A DNA stretch of 63,987 bases, counting the filler, from Octopus bimaculoides (lineage: Eukaryota): assembly GCF_001194135.2 (NCBI RefSeq). It is 5 parts of 4 records of this genome, joined end to end, with 100 filler letters (N's around TTAATTAATTAA, not from the genome) between each part and the next. Parts side by side here need not be neighbours in the genome. Positions count along the whole stretch, not along the records: positions 1 to 16,188 come from NC_068999.1; positions 16,289 to 32,676 come from NC_068989.1; 3 more parts are not named here. The stretch is one strand, 5' to 3'. The position numbers and the translations under genes were made by a program. How positions within the stretch are numbered: position 1 is the stretch's first letter; each line of letters begins with the position of its first letter. The notes under the pieces are model-generated. The model ran no database searches. It had not been told where the DNA came from and worked only from the letters and a program-made list of their open reading frames with translations. This document shows, one piece after another, positions 14,435 through 26,893 of the stretch.

Positions 14435-16024
14435 TACATACATACACACACATATAATGCATAAACTGCAGTAAAAGTACTTCTTCCATTCCATTAAGAC
14501 TTTTCGGATAACAAACATATCTTTTGATGTCTTTGGAAGTAAGTTACAAAACACCCACTCATTCCCTCACTCTGTGAGTATGTGTGCGTATGCACATGCG
14601 TATGTATGCGTATGTGTGTGTGTGTGTGTGTGTGCACGCGCGTGCGCGTGTAGAAGCGTATAACTATATTTGATTTTCTACATGCGTACATAAATTTATA
14701 CACATATATTTGTACAAACCCGCTTATATACATGTATACATATATACATTTATATATCGGTATATACATATAGACATCTCTATGCATGTATGTATGTATG
14801 TATGTATGTATGTATGTATGTATGTATGTATGTACGTACGTGTGTATGTGTGTATGTGTGTGTATGTGTGTGTGTGCGTGTGCGTGTATAATTCTACGCA
14901 TTTATTATGTTGGGAACAAGATTTTATTAAAGATTTTCCAATGATCTTCAATCGTTTATGTGTCGTTTATTAACACATCAAGACTTCCTCGAACTCGTCT
15001 TCTCAATGTTTTGCAGACAGACGCACATTTGACTGCTAAAAAGAACAGTATCTGCAGCGTTGCAAATATATGAGTCGTTCTACCTTACATCCCTCCCTCC
15101 CTCCATCCATCCATCCATCCATCCATCCATCCAACCGTGTTTTATGCACTAACAGCGTGTCCTCGAAGATCTAAGATAAATTTAGCTAATGCTGTTAGCT
15201 CACAGATTATGACGCCTTGACCGTCAACAAAACTAAGCATATTTTATATTTTTCTGTGCACACAGACATAGGGAGTTAGTTTATAGTCTATACTGCTTTC
15301 ACCGTGGAAAGTAAACGAATTTAAACATAGTTTGTAATTCTCTTGGCACACAGAACAATAATCAGGTTATTCTGGCATGTTTCATGGCTGCTTGGTTACT
15401 CTTTAGAGGTTTTGTACTCTCCCCTCTTCTCATGTTGAAAACATGATAGTAATTGCTATTTAAACCTAACACAAACCAGGTACTAACTGAAATGAATAGA
15501 CTCCATTCAGTTTTGGAGTTACCGTTTAATCAAATACATTGTGAAAAACCCATTTTACACAAATTTAAATTTCAGGTATCACGGTTTTCATCGGACAACT
15601 ACTTGATGGTGAATGACGGAAGTTTTGGCAACTCATAAAATAAATTAAATTGAATTTTAACAGTTTTGTGTTTTATGAACTAGCTGCAATGGTTCTTGCA
15701 GAATGTAATTATTACGTTAAATTTAGATTAGATTTTCTTATACAGGCTGTTTGTGCATAAAGTATTAATTAATAATTTGGTCAAGCCGCAAACTATTGCA
15801 CGGTATGCAAATTAGTCTTATTCGGTGATTATGAGAGTTAGTGTTAGATTTAGATAGCGATGGCTCTTACGTTCCATTCGTGAGAAGAAGTGTGACGGGC
15901 ATATTTCCTCTGAAAAGTCCTCAACCAACCGTGACACATGTCAGCATAATCACCTTATTTTTCTGTGTGAAGATACTAACCTCAAATATTCTACAGCGAA
16001 GGCGTTTTAAACTGTAAGGTATAT

Positions 16025-16154
16025 ATGCACAGCCACATGGTTCTGGGTCCAGTACCAGTGCGAAGCATCTTGAACAAGCGTCTTCTGCTACAGCCCCGGA
16101 ATGACCAAAACCTTCAGAGTCGATTTGGGAGACAGAAACCGAAAGAAGCCAGTC

Positions 16155-16156
<2 letters not shown>
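16025..16156 (+). mobile_element. SINE family A, 5' half
   Basis: Reads cacatggttctgggtccagtacc..gaaagaagccagtcg, then (TA)n and an assembly join. Confidence 0.75.
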
Positions 16157-16188
<32 letters not shown>

Positions 16189-16288
16189 NNNNNNNNNNNN
16201 NNNNNNNNNNNNNNNNNNNNNNNNNNNNNNNNTTAATTAATTAANNNNNNNNNNNNNNNNNNNNNNNNNNNNNNNNNNNNNNNNNNNN
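16189..16288. other. Artificial scaffold join N44-TTAATTAATTAA-N44
   Basis: Exactly 100 bp and identical to three other joins. The 12-mer puts stop codons in all six frames. Confidence 0.95.
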
Positions 16289-16849
16289 TAGAGGTAGGGG
16301 TATGTGGGTAGGGGTGGGTGGTGGGTGTAAGGAATTGGATGGGGTGGAGTGGGAAGGTAGAGTAGGAGTGTGTTGGGGTGTGGTGGGATGAGCTTATGAG
16401 GGGGTGTTGACGAGGAGGGAGAAGGGGAAGGTGGATGTAAGAGAGGGGGAAGATGGGTATGGGAGGGGAGATGGATGTAAATGTGTGTATGTGTGTATAT
16501 TTATCGGGGTGTATGAATTTGTAATTTAACTGAGTAGGCTGTTGTTAAAATACTGCGGCCTCGACTTTGTCAAAGAACTCTAAACTGTTGAAGTTGATAA
16601 TTTGTTAGTATGTTGGAAGATTGGTAACTCTATTTATACTGAGAAAACTGGACGAGGAAGTAATTAGAAAGAGCTGTTCACATAGGTAATAAGTCTAGAT
16701 GAGCTAAGAATGTATGTAGCTTAAATGTGTAAAAGCCATTTCAGTATAAGCCAGTGTGTTAGAAAGTTATTGAGATTTTGTTGGAAATTGCATTATGTTG
16801 AACTGTCAATGGCTACACTTATTTTGGTTGATATTCATTTTAGATTCAT

Positions 16850-17130
16850 TCTAGTACGTTTAGGTAAGTAAGGAGCAAGACCATACACTACAAACACGGC
16901 TGTCTGTAGTTTATTGAACTGAACCTGTCCAAGATGCGATCAGAGTGATGAAACTAACAGGCACGTATACATTCAGTGTCCATGTATGAGTTTATGTCGA
17001 ACAGATTATCACAGATAGTAGGGATCTGGCTGTCAGGTGTGACTATCAAAAGACATTCTGTTTGTCTCTGTTTGTTATAGAGACTGGAATATGCCTCAGC
17101 CTTTGTGTTTCTCGATTGTCCTAGAGTGAC
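16850..17130 (+). mobile_element. Decayed L1/Tx1-like LINE C-terminal fragment (CCHC zinc knuckle)
   Basis: 16926-16979 translates to CPRCDQSDETNRHVYIQC (CX2CX8HX4C). The flanking frames are broken and the boundaries are approximate. Confidence 0.5.
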
Positions 17131-17339
17131 ATGTAGTTTCACCTCTACCTGTGGTTGCACTCCTATGTTTGGAGAACCATTCTATATATTTACTTTGCTC
17201 TGTGCTATTCATTCTGTTAGTTCCCTATTTATTGCTGATCTCGCTCTTTTAGTTGATATAAATCTCCTACACTTTCATATTTGTTTTTCCTTGTTTCACT
17301 TTTGTACACTCCCGATAGTCATTGTGGTTAATAAACGAA

Positions 17340-17340
<1 letters not shown>

Positions 17341-17381
<41 letters not shown>

Positions 17382-17840
17382 TAATCTTATTTTTATCACG
17401 TGCTTTCACTGCGCTACCGAGCGTAGCCCTGTGCGCCTGGGGTATGTGCTGTGGTTTGTTGTGATGCTCTTATTCTCAATATATTGAAAGTGTTTTACGT
17501 AGGATGTGTGCGGTGCCTAGCAACGTTATTTTTATGTTAAATATACTTGTTAGTCCTGGTATTTTTTTATTATGGATTTGTCTGAATATTGTTTTATCAT
17601 ATCTAATGAGCTTACTATGATTTGTTTTTAGGCTCTACATTCGGGTTACCTCGATCGAGTTCCAGATCTTTGTATTTTGAAAGTTTCTCCGTTTCTTTTG
17701 GAGAAACATTGTCATCTGTTGGTATTTATACATCTATTAGAAAGCATTTCTTTTCTTGGTGATATCTGACAACTATATCCGGCCTGTTGGTCTTAATTTC
17801 TCTGTGTGTTTGGCATATCCCATAGTATGGCTGCTTTCGT
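17341..17840 (-). mobile_element. 5'-truncated R4/Dong-like non-LTR retrotransposon 3' end (restriction-like endonuclease) ending in (TAA)n
   Basis: The minus strand reads KAAILWDM..REIKTNRPDIVVRYHQEKKCFLIDV*IPTDDNVSPKETEKLSKYKDLE..LLGTAHILRKTLSI, a PD-x-D RLE motif. A 3' UTR of about 100 nt follows, then about 12 TAA units (17341-17378). Confidence 0.8.
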
Positions 17841-18514
17841 CCCCGTCCCTGTATGGCAGCAGAATCTTTTAGATAGAGTTCAGAAATGGTACACACTACA
17901 CGTAAGGTTTTTCTCTCTTTTGCTGTTCCTTCCTGTGGTTTTCGTTTTGACTTTGAACTCCATTTCATCAGGCTTTCATTTGATTCCTTTACCTTCTCCT
18001 CTGGTTTGAACGGTGGTGTTAGCGCTGTTTCGGAGGAACTTTTATTTTCCTTCATTTTTCAGTTTCTTCATGTCCGTGATCATGAATGCCCACATTATTG
18101 GTTGCCTTGTGATTGCCTTCCTTACTGAGCTTTCGACATTGTTCTTCAACCATGGTACTGTTTGATGTTCAGATGTTTCACCCAGTTTGTCCAAGCGTAG
18201 CCTGATGAGTGCATAGGAGCAGATAAATTCACCTTCTTCCGTTCTATTTGTGTCACAAATCTGACAAATCCGTTATTTTTCAGGCTGCTACAATAAGGTT
18301 TTTGGGTGACTTATTTTCGTGTATCACCCAGGCAGAGAGAAGTATGGCTGTCCCGGAAATATTCCAGTTTCTTGAAATATTCGCACCAAATTTACTCCTT
18401 TCTTTGTGTTGTTGACATGTGTAAGATTTGTTCGTGGCTGCATGGAGTGAGCAAAGGAAAGATGGGGAGATTAGGAGAAAGTTAATTGAAACAGAGAGGG
18501 AAGCAGAACGAGGG

Positions 18515-18551
<37 letters not shown>

Positions 18552-19527
18552 NNNNNNNNNNNNNNNNNNNNNNNNNNNNNNNNNNNNNNNNNNNNNNNNN
18601 NNNNNNNNNNNNNNNNNNNNNNNNNNNNNNNNNNNNNNNNNNNNNNNNNNNNNNNNNNNNNNNNNNNNNNNNNNNNNNNNNNNNNNNNNNNNNNNNNNNN
18701 NNNNNNNNNNNNNNNNNNNNNNNNNNNNNNNNNNNNNNNNNNNNNNNNNNNNNNNNNNNNNNNNNNNNNNNNNNNNNNNNNNNNNNNNNNNNNNNNNNNN
18801 NNNNNNNNNNNNNNNNNNNNNNNNNNNNNNNNNNNNNNNNNNNNNNNNNNNNNNNNNNNNNNNNNNNNNNNNNNNNNNNNNNNNNNNNNNNNNNNNNNNN
18901 NNNNNNNNNNNNNNNNNNNNNNNNNNNNNNNNNNNNNNNNNATCAAAATTAAAATTGAATTAAATTTCACAATATATAATATATAAATATATAATTTAGA
19001 GAAAAGAACACAATTACTGAATTCATCCATGAAAATCCACAATCACATATAGAAAAATTTAATAAGTAAATATACTAAAAAGACCTATAATAAAAATCAA
19101 AAAAGTAAAAAGTAATAAATATTAAAATAGTAAAAATGACTACACGTGTTTCATAACCACATTTCCAAATAGAAAATAAAATAAAAATCAAATCATTTCA
19201 AAATAAATCGATCGAAAATCAATTCTATTCAAAAATATAGGTAATCTTCAGGTCGAAATGCAATAGTAATAATAATAATAATAAAATGAATGTATATATA
19301 TCGACTAACAGTGAATATCAAATGAACTTATATAAAAATACTTATTTTACCAATAAATAGAAGAAAAACATGTAACAATATTACTGAAAATAAATGCTAT
19401 ACTTATGAACGTAAAATTTAATGTAGACATAAATTAAATTGTTTATATAAGTTTAGCTAACTATATATGTGTGTGTGTGTGTGTGTGTAATATAAAATTA
19501 TATATATATATATAACTATATATATAT

Positions 19528-22500
19528 AAACTTAGATATGTTTCGACCAAAGAACCAGGCCATGTCTAACTTAATAGCACCACCTGATAGGATTATCTAA
19601 ACCCTTTTAAAGTCAAGTTTTGTGGTAATATGGTCCATTCAAGTAGTGAGTTCTTGTTGAATGAATTGTATTCGGATATAGGTGGTTAATCTGGTATTCC
19701 TTGAAGAAATTTGTCCAGACTCCGTTTAAAGGTGATGGGATCCTTTTCCTCTTTGATCAGTTTTGGGACAATGTTAAACAGGGCAGGGCCTGTTGAGGAA
19801 AAGAAATTGTGTCGCAGCGTACTTATATGTTGTGATCCTGAGTTGGGCAGGGAACTATGGCCCGTAGTCCAAGCCCTGAATGAACCTTGAAACTGATGTT
19901 CAGGAGGTCGTTGGGGCAATGCTTGCGGTATATTCTCCACATCGTGCAAAAGATGTACCGCTCGCGGCGCCGCTGGAGAGGGTAGAGTTTCAAGGCTTTA
20001 AGGCGGTCGCAGTAATCGAGATCACTCATTCCTTAATTCCTTTAGTGAGTGCCCGCTGGGGTGATTCATTTCTCATGGTGTTTTGTTTTGTATGGGCAGA
20101 CCACAGAGGGCAGCGGTATTCGAGGTGTGGCCGTACAAAGGAGGAGTAAAGTGGAATGATGACACCTTTGTTCTCTGGACCGGAAGGTTCTTAAGATCCA
20201 GGAGCTCATCTTACAAGCTATATCGACCTTATTGTTGATGTGTACACTCCAACTGAGATTGTTATCAACAATTACTCCTAGATCTCTGACGTTACTAAAT
20301 GCTGTAAGCGGTTCCCATGAAAGAAGAGAGTGTGGCCGTTTTAGTATAGTCTTTCTTCCAAAATGCATCACCTCGAATTTACCCTCGTTTAGTGGCATTT
20401 TGGTTTTGTCTGCCCATTGACTCACCGCATATAGATTAGACTGGAGTTGAGTTCGGTTTTCTTCTTCATTTATGATTTGCTGGAGCTTAGTGTCATCAGC
20501 AAATATTTTTACTTTACAGTGATTTACGACGCTGGAAAGGTCATTGATGTAAATTATAAAGATAAGCGGGCCCAAGACAGTCCCCTGTGGAACACCACTA
20601 GCGACATTTGCTGGGCTTGCGTGGACTCCATCGACCACAACATGTTGTATTCTATTTGCCAGGAAATACTAAACCCAGTGTAGAAGTTTTCCACGGATTC
20701 CAACATTTGCCAATTTTGAGAGTAAGATATTATAGTCAACCCTGTCGAACGCTTTACAGAATTTGCATTTCGGAGTTGGTGGATCTCCAGGAAGCCAGCT
20801 ATCCTTGATCTTAGCACTCTTTGAAACACTTTAATGATGTGGAAGGTGAGTGAGATTGGTTGATAGTTGACTGCGAGGGATCTGTTTCCCTGTTTGAAAA
20901 CCGGGATGACAGACTGGGTTATTAGCTGTTTCGGTACATAACCTGAGTGTAAAGAGTTTCTCCAGAGGTTGGTCAGAGATACTGCTAGTTGGTATCTACA
21001 TTCCTTCAGGAGAGTAGCGGGGAATCTATCAGCGCCTACAGCAGAATAGTATTTGACCTCATTTATTGCTGCCATGATGTCTGAGGCAGTGAAGGTTATG
21101 TCCGAGATTTTGTGTTGGGAATCAACTTCGTTCACTTCTCTTACGTCAATATCAGTAGAATTACTAAAGACATTGCAGTAATTTTTCTGCAGCATTTCTG
21201 CCATTTCTTTAACATCGCGTTGGGAAATGCCGTTATCATCGATCAATGTCCCAATGGGTGACACAGTGGTTCTATAATTATTTGCATAAAAATAAAACAC
21301 TTTTGGGTTCTGATTGATGTTTTTGATTACCCACTGTTCCTCCGCAGCTCTTTGATTTTCAATGGAGGTTTTCATTGTTGTTGAATGTGGATGTTGTATG
21401 TGGGAGTATTTTAATTGGTTGATTTTTTTTATTGAGTCTTTTGATGCGCCTGATGAGTGTTTCTTTCTTTCTAGGGAGCCGGTTTCTGTGTGTTAGTGGA
21501 TTTCGTAGGAGTGTGTTTTGAGCAGGTATAGGTGACAATGTTCTCAGTGTTGCCATGCGGTCTCCGTGTGAGTGAAACTGAGAGTGAAGAACCAGTCTAT
21601 GTAGAACAGATCCTTTCTGATTGCTCTCCAGTCCGTTTTGTGGAAGTTTATGCTGTCAAATAAGTGCCGTGGAGTGGGATTGGCTGGTATAGTTTTGATA
21701 TGCTGGGAATTAAAATTGCAGAGTATCATGTCGTGGTCTGAGAGGAGAGTTTTTTTCAACTGAAATAGTGTGAACAGAGCTAGACTAGTTGGTTAATATT
21801 TGATCCAAGATCGTTTTATTCTGCATTGTTGGTTCGAGCACTGGCTGAGTCAGGAAGAATTTATCCATTGGATTAAAGAGTAATTCTACTGCTACTTTAT
21901 CTGATGTAGAGCATTTGCCTAACTTCAGAGTATTTGTGAGCCATTTTATCTGAGGGAGGTTAGAATCATTCATCACTAGTATGTTTCTAGAGTTGTGTTT
22001 TTTAAGGAAGGACTTGATTTTGCTGAGGTACTCTTCAAAGCACTTTAGAAGTGCTTTGGGGAGGCTTGTAAAGACCAGCAATGATTATGTCTTTGGCTTT
22101 GTTGGAAAGTGATATAGATTCACAGTAACCATTGGAAAATATGTCCTTGGCATCAACTGAAAAGGAGCCATGGAGAAAGATGGCTATCTCCACTTTATTA
22201 CGGTCTGTGCGATCTGCACGGATGATGGTGAAATCTTATATTTACACCTCGGCATCCATATGTGTGCTGTTTAAGTGAGTTTCAGTAAGGAAAAGATAGA
22301 GAAGCAATGCGCCGTTTCGGCAAGCCAACTCTCTATATATGGGATCTTTCATTTTGGGGCAGTGAATGATGAGTTGATGCCACGTACATTTAACAGGAAT
22401 GTCGAGGTAAGGGTAGTTTGATGTTTGCATTGTTCTAAGTTATGTTTAATGTTGTTCAGAGGTAGCATTGAGGGTAGTTTTGTATGGAGCTGTGTGTGTA

Positions 22501-22560
22501 TAATTTTGTAGTTGGTGGTGGGCGTGTGTTTCTTGTTTTTTATGCATAAATGGAAATTGA
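19528..22560 (-). mobile_element. Decayed CR1/L2-group LINE: AP-endonuclease plus reverse transcriptase, with 3' UTR and tail
   Basis: The endonuclease remnant LFLTETHL..DFTIIRADR is at about 22200-22300. RT motifs are VIPVFKQGNR..NYQPISL, KAFDRVD, SGVPQGTVLGPLIFIIYINDL, IFADDTKL and KFEVMHFG, followed by C-terminal GPALFNIVPK and LDKFLQGIPD. There are multiple stops and frameshifts and a deletion before KAFDRVD. The 3' end runs into (TA)n at about 19528. Confidence 0.92.
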
Positions 22561-22579
22561 AAAAAGCCTGCAACAATCC

Positions 22580-23250
22580 TATTTGAGGGAGAGAGCAGAC
22601 AAAGAAGTCTGGGTTATAAAAAACATTATCACACCCAAAGGCCTTCTTTCATCATGCGAAATAAACAGTCTCAGTACGCTGCAAGATAGGACCTCTCTTC
22701 CAAAAGGATGGCACCCTCACAGACAGTCCAACCAGGATCAGTGAGGTACTGAATGACCAGTTCAAAAGTGTCTTTACTGCCCCGTTGTAACACAGACAAG
22801 TGAACGAACCGGTGGATTTCTTTACCGTCTCACCTATTAACGGCAAGGCAGTTACGATGGATTACATCGACATTAGCGAAGACGATATACTACCAGCCAT
22901 AGATGAAGATGATGCAAACTCAGCTGCTGTTCCTGATGATTTCCCTGCAATCCTCCTCAAATCGTGTAAGCGTGCCCTGGCAAAACCCCTCCAGATTCTC
23001 TTCCAGAGCTTTCTTGCAAATGTCAGGATGCCAAGCACACTGACAGAAGGAAAAATATGCCCAATCCATAAAGGGGGAAGCAGGACAGATGACAAAACCT
23101 ATAGGACACGTCAGCAAAGTCATGAAACTGATAGTGAGAGGGAAACTAATCGCATTCCTTGAAGAAAACGACTTGCTGAGTGATACCCAGCATGGCTTTC
23201 GACCATGTAGGAGCTGCCTGATCCAGCTCTTAAAGCACTATGACTGTCTT
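22580..23250 (+). mobile_element. Second CR1/L2-group LINE fragment (pre-RT region to start of RT), opposite orientation
   Basis: Reads WVIKNI..IGPLFQKDGTLTDSPTRISEVLNDQFKSVFT..PDDFPAILLKSCKRALAKPLQILFQ..ICPIHKGGSR..FLEENDLLSDTQHGFRPCRSCLIQLL across several frames. Confidence 0.88.
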
Positions 23251-24412
23251 ATTTAAAAGAATGGATTTGATCGTTTATTATATTCTTCTCCTCTGATAAA
23301 GTTTGGTCTGCTGCCAACTCTAAAGAGGAAATGTTCATTTCAACATAGAAATTGAAAGTGGTATATTACCTGTGAGATTATATGTAGCGAAACATCTGTG
23401 TATACTTCCTATTCACTTATTTCAGCATATGATGTCATGTTACATAATATAACCGTAACAAAGTTAATTGAAATATATCAAGTACAGCTGTAGTGCAGCT
23501 AACTTAAATATTGCATTCACCGAAAAGATTTTCTGGAATATCAACGATCGAGACCAATTAAATGCTTTCAGCTTGATGCGAAATTTTACTCTATTACACA
23601 AAAGTACAATCTCCCGCATTTTTGACACGACGTATGATGTAAGGAAACTTCGTGTATGTGCGCGCTAGTACAAACATTTTTATGTCAGTGCGTTTGCGTG
23701 TGTGTGTATAGAGAGAGAGAAAGAGAGAAGAAAGGAAGAAAGAATAGAGAAAGCTATATATATATATATATATGTATATATGATACAAATAATATGTGAG
23801 TATATGCATATATACGTACATGTAAATACATACCTACATCTATATGTATATGTAGATGCATATCTGTGTACAGGACGCGACAAAAAGCGTGGACTAAATG
23901 AAACACAGAACATAAACAGAGTACAGAAGACACACAGGCCACATAGAGAACATTTCCTTCTTCAGCTGCCACCATTCTAAAACTAAGCGTTTCGAAGAGT
24001 TAGGGCAGGACGCATTGTTAGAATGGCACTTCCCGTGGAAAAAAAAATTAAATCTTTAGTGCGGAGGAATACTGTACGAACAGAAAACATGACAGGAAAA
24101 CGAAACGATGAAAATAAACAAGAAGGGCTAGTAAGGCCAGACGTGAAAAAATATACATGTATACTGAACGCTGTGATGAGACGAACTGGAAGGGAGAGAG
24201 AAGTTCGTGCTGGCTTGGCAGTAGCCAAGATAAGAAGGGAGGCAGAAGCCGGACATACGTGACCAGCGAGGGGTAAGGATAAAGAGTGGTAGAGAGAGAA
24301 AAAAAGGGGAAGAAGTAGAATATAGGTGAGCAACGACAGACAGAGAGGAAGAGAGAGAGATATAGTAGTGAAAGGGAGAGGCGAAGAACAACAGAAAGAA
24401 GAACGAGAGGGG

Positions 24413-24462
<50 letters not shown>

Positions 24463-25210
24463 AGGCCAAGTACGTCACGGGGTGAGTTGAAGGGAGAGGT
24501 GAAGAGCGAGAGAAAAAGAGGGAGAGTAGTGTTAACGACGTGCAATAGTGTGGGGAGTGAAAGGTAAAGAAAAAGATATCTTTAGAATAAAATAATTACG
24601 GAAGAGGCAGATAGAGATGTGCAGGGGAGGCATACCTCATTAACATATCATTGCAGTTATCGTATTATAATATACATAAGGCACCAAGGAGCGACACAGA
24701 AATCGGCGAGGAGAACTAATAAACATGTTGAACTGTCTATTGTCAAATATCGACCAAGATATTACAATTTCGAGTCCTTCCAACAACATTGTTTAATCTG
24801 GCAGGGAAAATGAATGCTGCTGGGTTATATACAAGCGGATGCGGAAAGCGAACAATGAACTAACAAATATTTAGACAAGGACTGTAACGGAATAAAATAT
24901 ATGGTCTTCGACGAATGGTAGAATAGAGCATGTTTTAGAGAGAAATGGGCAAAATTCAGACGAATCAATCATATACATGTATACATGTGCGGACCTTTGA
25001 CATAACGATAACATTTGTAGAAGTTTTGCGAAGTAACATTAGAAATGAAAAACACTTTTATTTGATGCTAAAGTATAAACGAAAGAAACCGAGAGATGGA
25101 GAGAAGCGAGCGTCTAATCCAACGTTATAGGAAACAGTTAGAGGTAGGAAAAATGCATGAATTATACACACACATATGTGTGTGTTTGCGTGTGTGTAAA
25201 TCTTTATATA

Positions 25211-25244
<34 letters not shown>

Positions 25245-25248
<4 letters not shown>

Positions 25249-25599
25249 ACATGACATGACATGACGACTGCTCCATCTTGACAGACGATAGCCATCCCGT
25301 CAACAATCCACACATATCATCACGCAGTACAATCACTCCGTTGATGAGCCCTCAAGTGACTTTGAAGTCCGGCTGCTGAGCGACAAGGTCTACAACACAG
25401 ATGACAAATGTTCAGGCCTCTCGATCCTTGCCCGCTGGTATCTGATTCTAAGGAAATGCTTCTGTGAACCAGCATATGTCTCTTAAGTCCGGGTATTGTT
25501 TTACAAACCTTGTGACATATGCCACAGGTCGCAGAAGGCGGTTGGTATTTAGGGTATCTGGAATTTCTACCCTCATGTGTTTTCATGTGATTCACATAT
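25245..25599 (-). mobile_element. 3' end of an RTE-clade LINE with a C-terminal C2H2 zinc-finger array and (CATGT)n tail
   Basis: ORF 25320-25595 reads (YV)NHMKTH..CGICHKVCKTIPGLKRHMLVH..CHLCCRPCRSAAGLQSHLRAH. The last finger fits the RTE terminal CxxCxRxCxSxxGLxSHxRxH motif. A short 3' UTR ends in gtcgtcatgtcatgtcatgtcac. The upstream part is in the gap at 25600. Confidence 0.7.
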
Positions 25600-26893
25600 N
25601 NNNNNNNNNNNNNNNNNNNNNNNNNNNNNNNNNNNNNNNNNNNNNNNNNNNNNNNNNNNNNNNNNNNNNNNNNNNNNNNNNNNNNNNNNNNNNNNNNNNN
25701 NNNNNNNNNNNNNNNNNNNNNNNNNNNNNNNNNNNNNNNNNNNNNNNNNNNNNNNNNNNNNNNNNNNNNATATATATATATATATATACATGCATTAATG
25801 CACGCCGTACATTTAATCTTCTAAATGCTGGCAGTTGTAAAATGTATGCATGTATATTGTACAGATTAAACTTAAATTTAAGTTTACATTAATGTGTTTC
25901 TTTGTACATTAAAAATTTAAGCAATATTCTCTTTCATATATTCACAACAGTATCTCGCATATTCATAGCTGCCCACATTTATGAAAATAAGTAAATAAAT
26001 ATGTCTTTATAGCACTAAAAGCTTTCAGAAGTGATTTAGCTTCGTTTTTTCTATTTTTTTTTTCTATCGCTCAATAGAATTGTTAAGTGATATGAAATAT
26101 AGTTTAATAGAGAGATGAGAAAGTTGTTACCGTCAACTACTTGGAAACTGTATCTATTCATTGGAAGTTGAGTGTTTTATTGGTGAATATTTTTTTCTGT
26201 CATTTCTCTCTTGATATCAAAGTTGTTAGTCAAGTACATTGATCAATGTTGCTATTGCTCAAGAAATATACAGACCCGCTCTCGGTGGTATGGTGGTAAG
26301 TATTCTAAAGTCAACAAATTAAAATTATCAAAACTTCAGTCTCAAATGGTTCATACATGTTAAAAACCTGGGAAAAATTCAAGTTTGGCTATGTATTAAG
26401 CGTTATATAATAAATATATGCAAATATAACTTTTTAAAATAAAACCTAAATAAATTCTTCCTATAAATCATGTAACATTATGTAATTCTGCTAGAATGTG
26501 TGTGTGCTGCAAAAGTATAAAACAACTAAATTAATTATATAATACCTTATACTTGCCTGGTCACAAATAAATCATTAATGCATTTCATTTGCTTTTCTCA
26601 GCAAATATCCCCAATTTACATTTACAGTTGGGATTATTTTGAATACATTTGGCAGTTAATTAAATTTGTACATCTTTCGCATGGTATTTATCGGATATGA
26701 CTGTTGTACTCTTTGTTCATTGACTTCATTTGGTATCTTAAATCCTTCACATTTGGTGGTTGTTCGTTTCGTTTATAATCCCAAGTTATTTGGGTCTAAA
26801 CTATGCAAGAACATTAGAAATTCTAATTCTCCGATCGTACTATTATCACACGTTTTTGTATTATTTTTTATTTTTTCTTTTGTTGATTTCTAG

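Noticed and set aside
16233-16244. TTAATTAA (PacI or homeodomain-like) sites flanked by N
   Set aside because: This is an assembly spacer, not biological sequence.
18063-18153. Exon candidate encoding MNAHIIGCLVIAFLTELSTLFFNH
   Set aside because: The donor is weak (G|GTACTG) and it lies adjacent to a decayed retroelement, so it may be antisense TE sequence.
19528-23250. Twin-priming 5' inversion of one LINE
   Set aside because: The two oppositely oriented parts overlap in protein coordinates and are diverged, so they are separate copies.
23488-23639. ORF ending at a GTAAGG donor (AFSLMRNFTLL..TTYD)
   Set aside because: There is no convincing in-frame acceptor (stop at 23465-23467) and the GAIN resemblance is only superficial.
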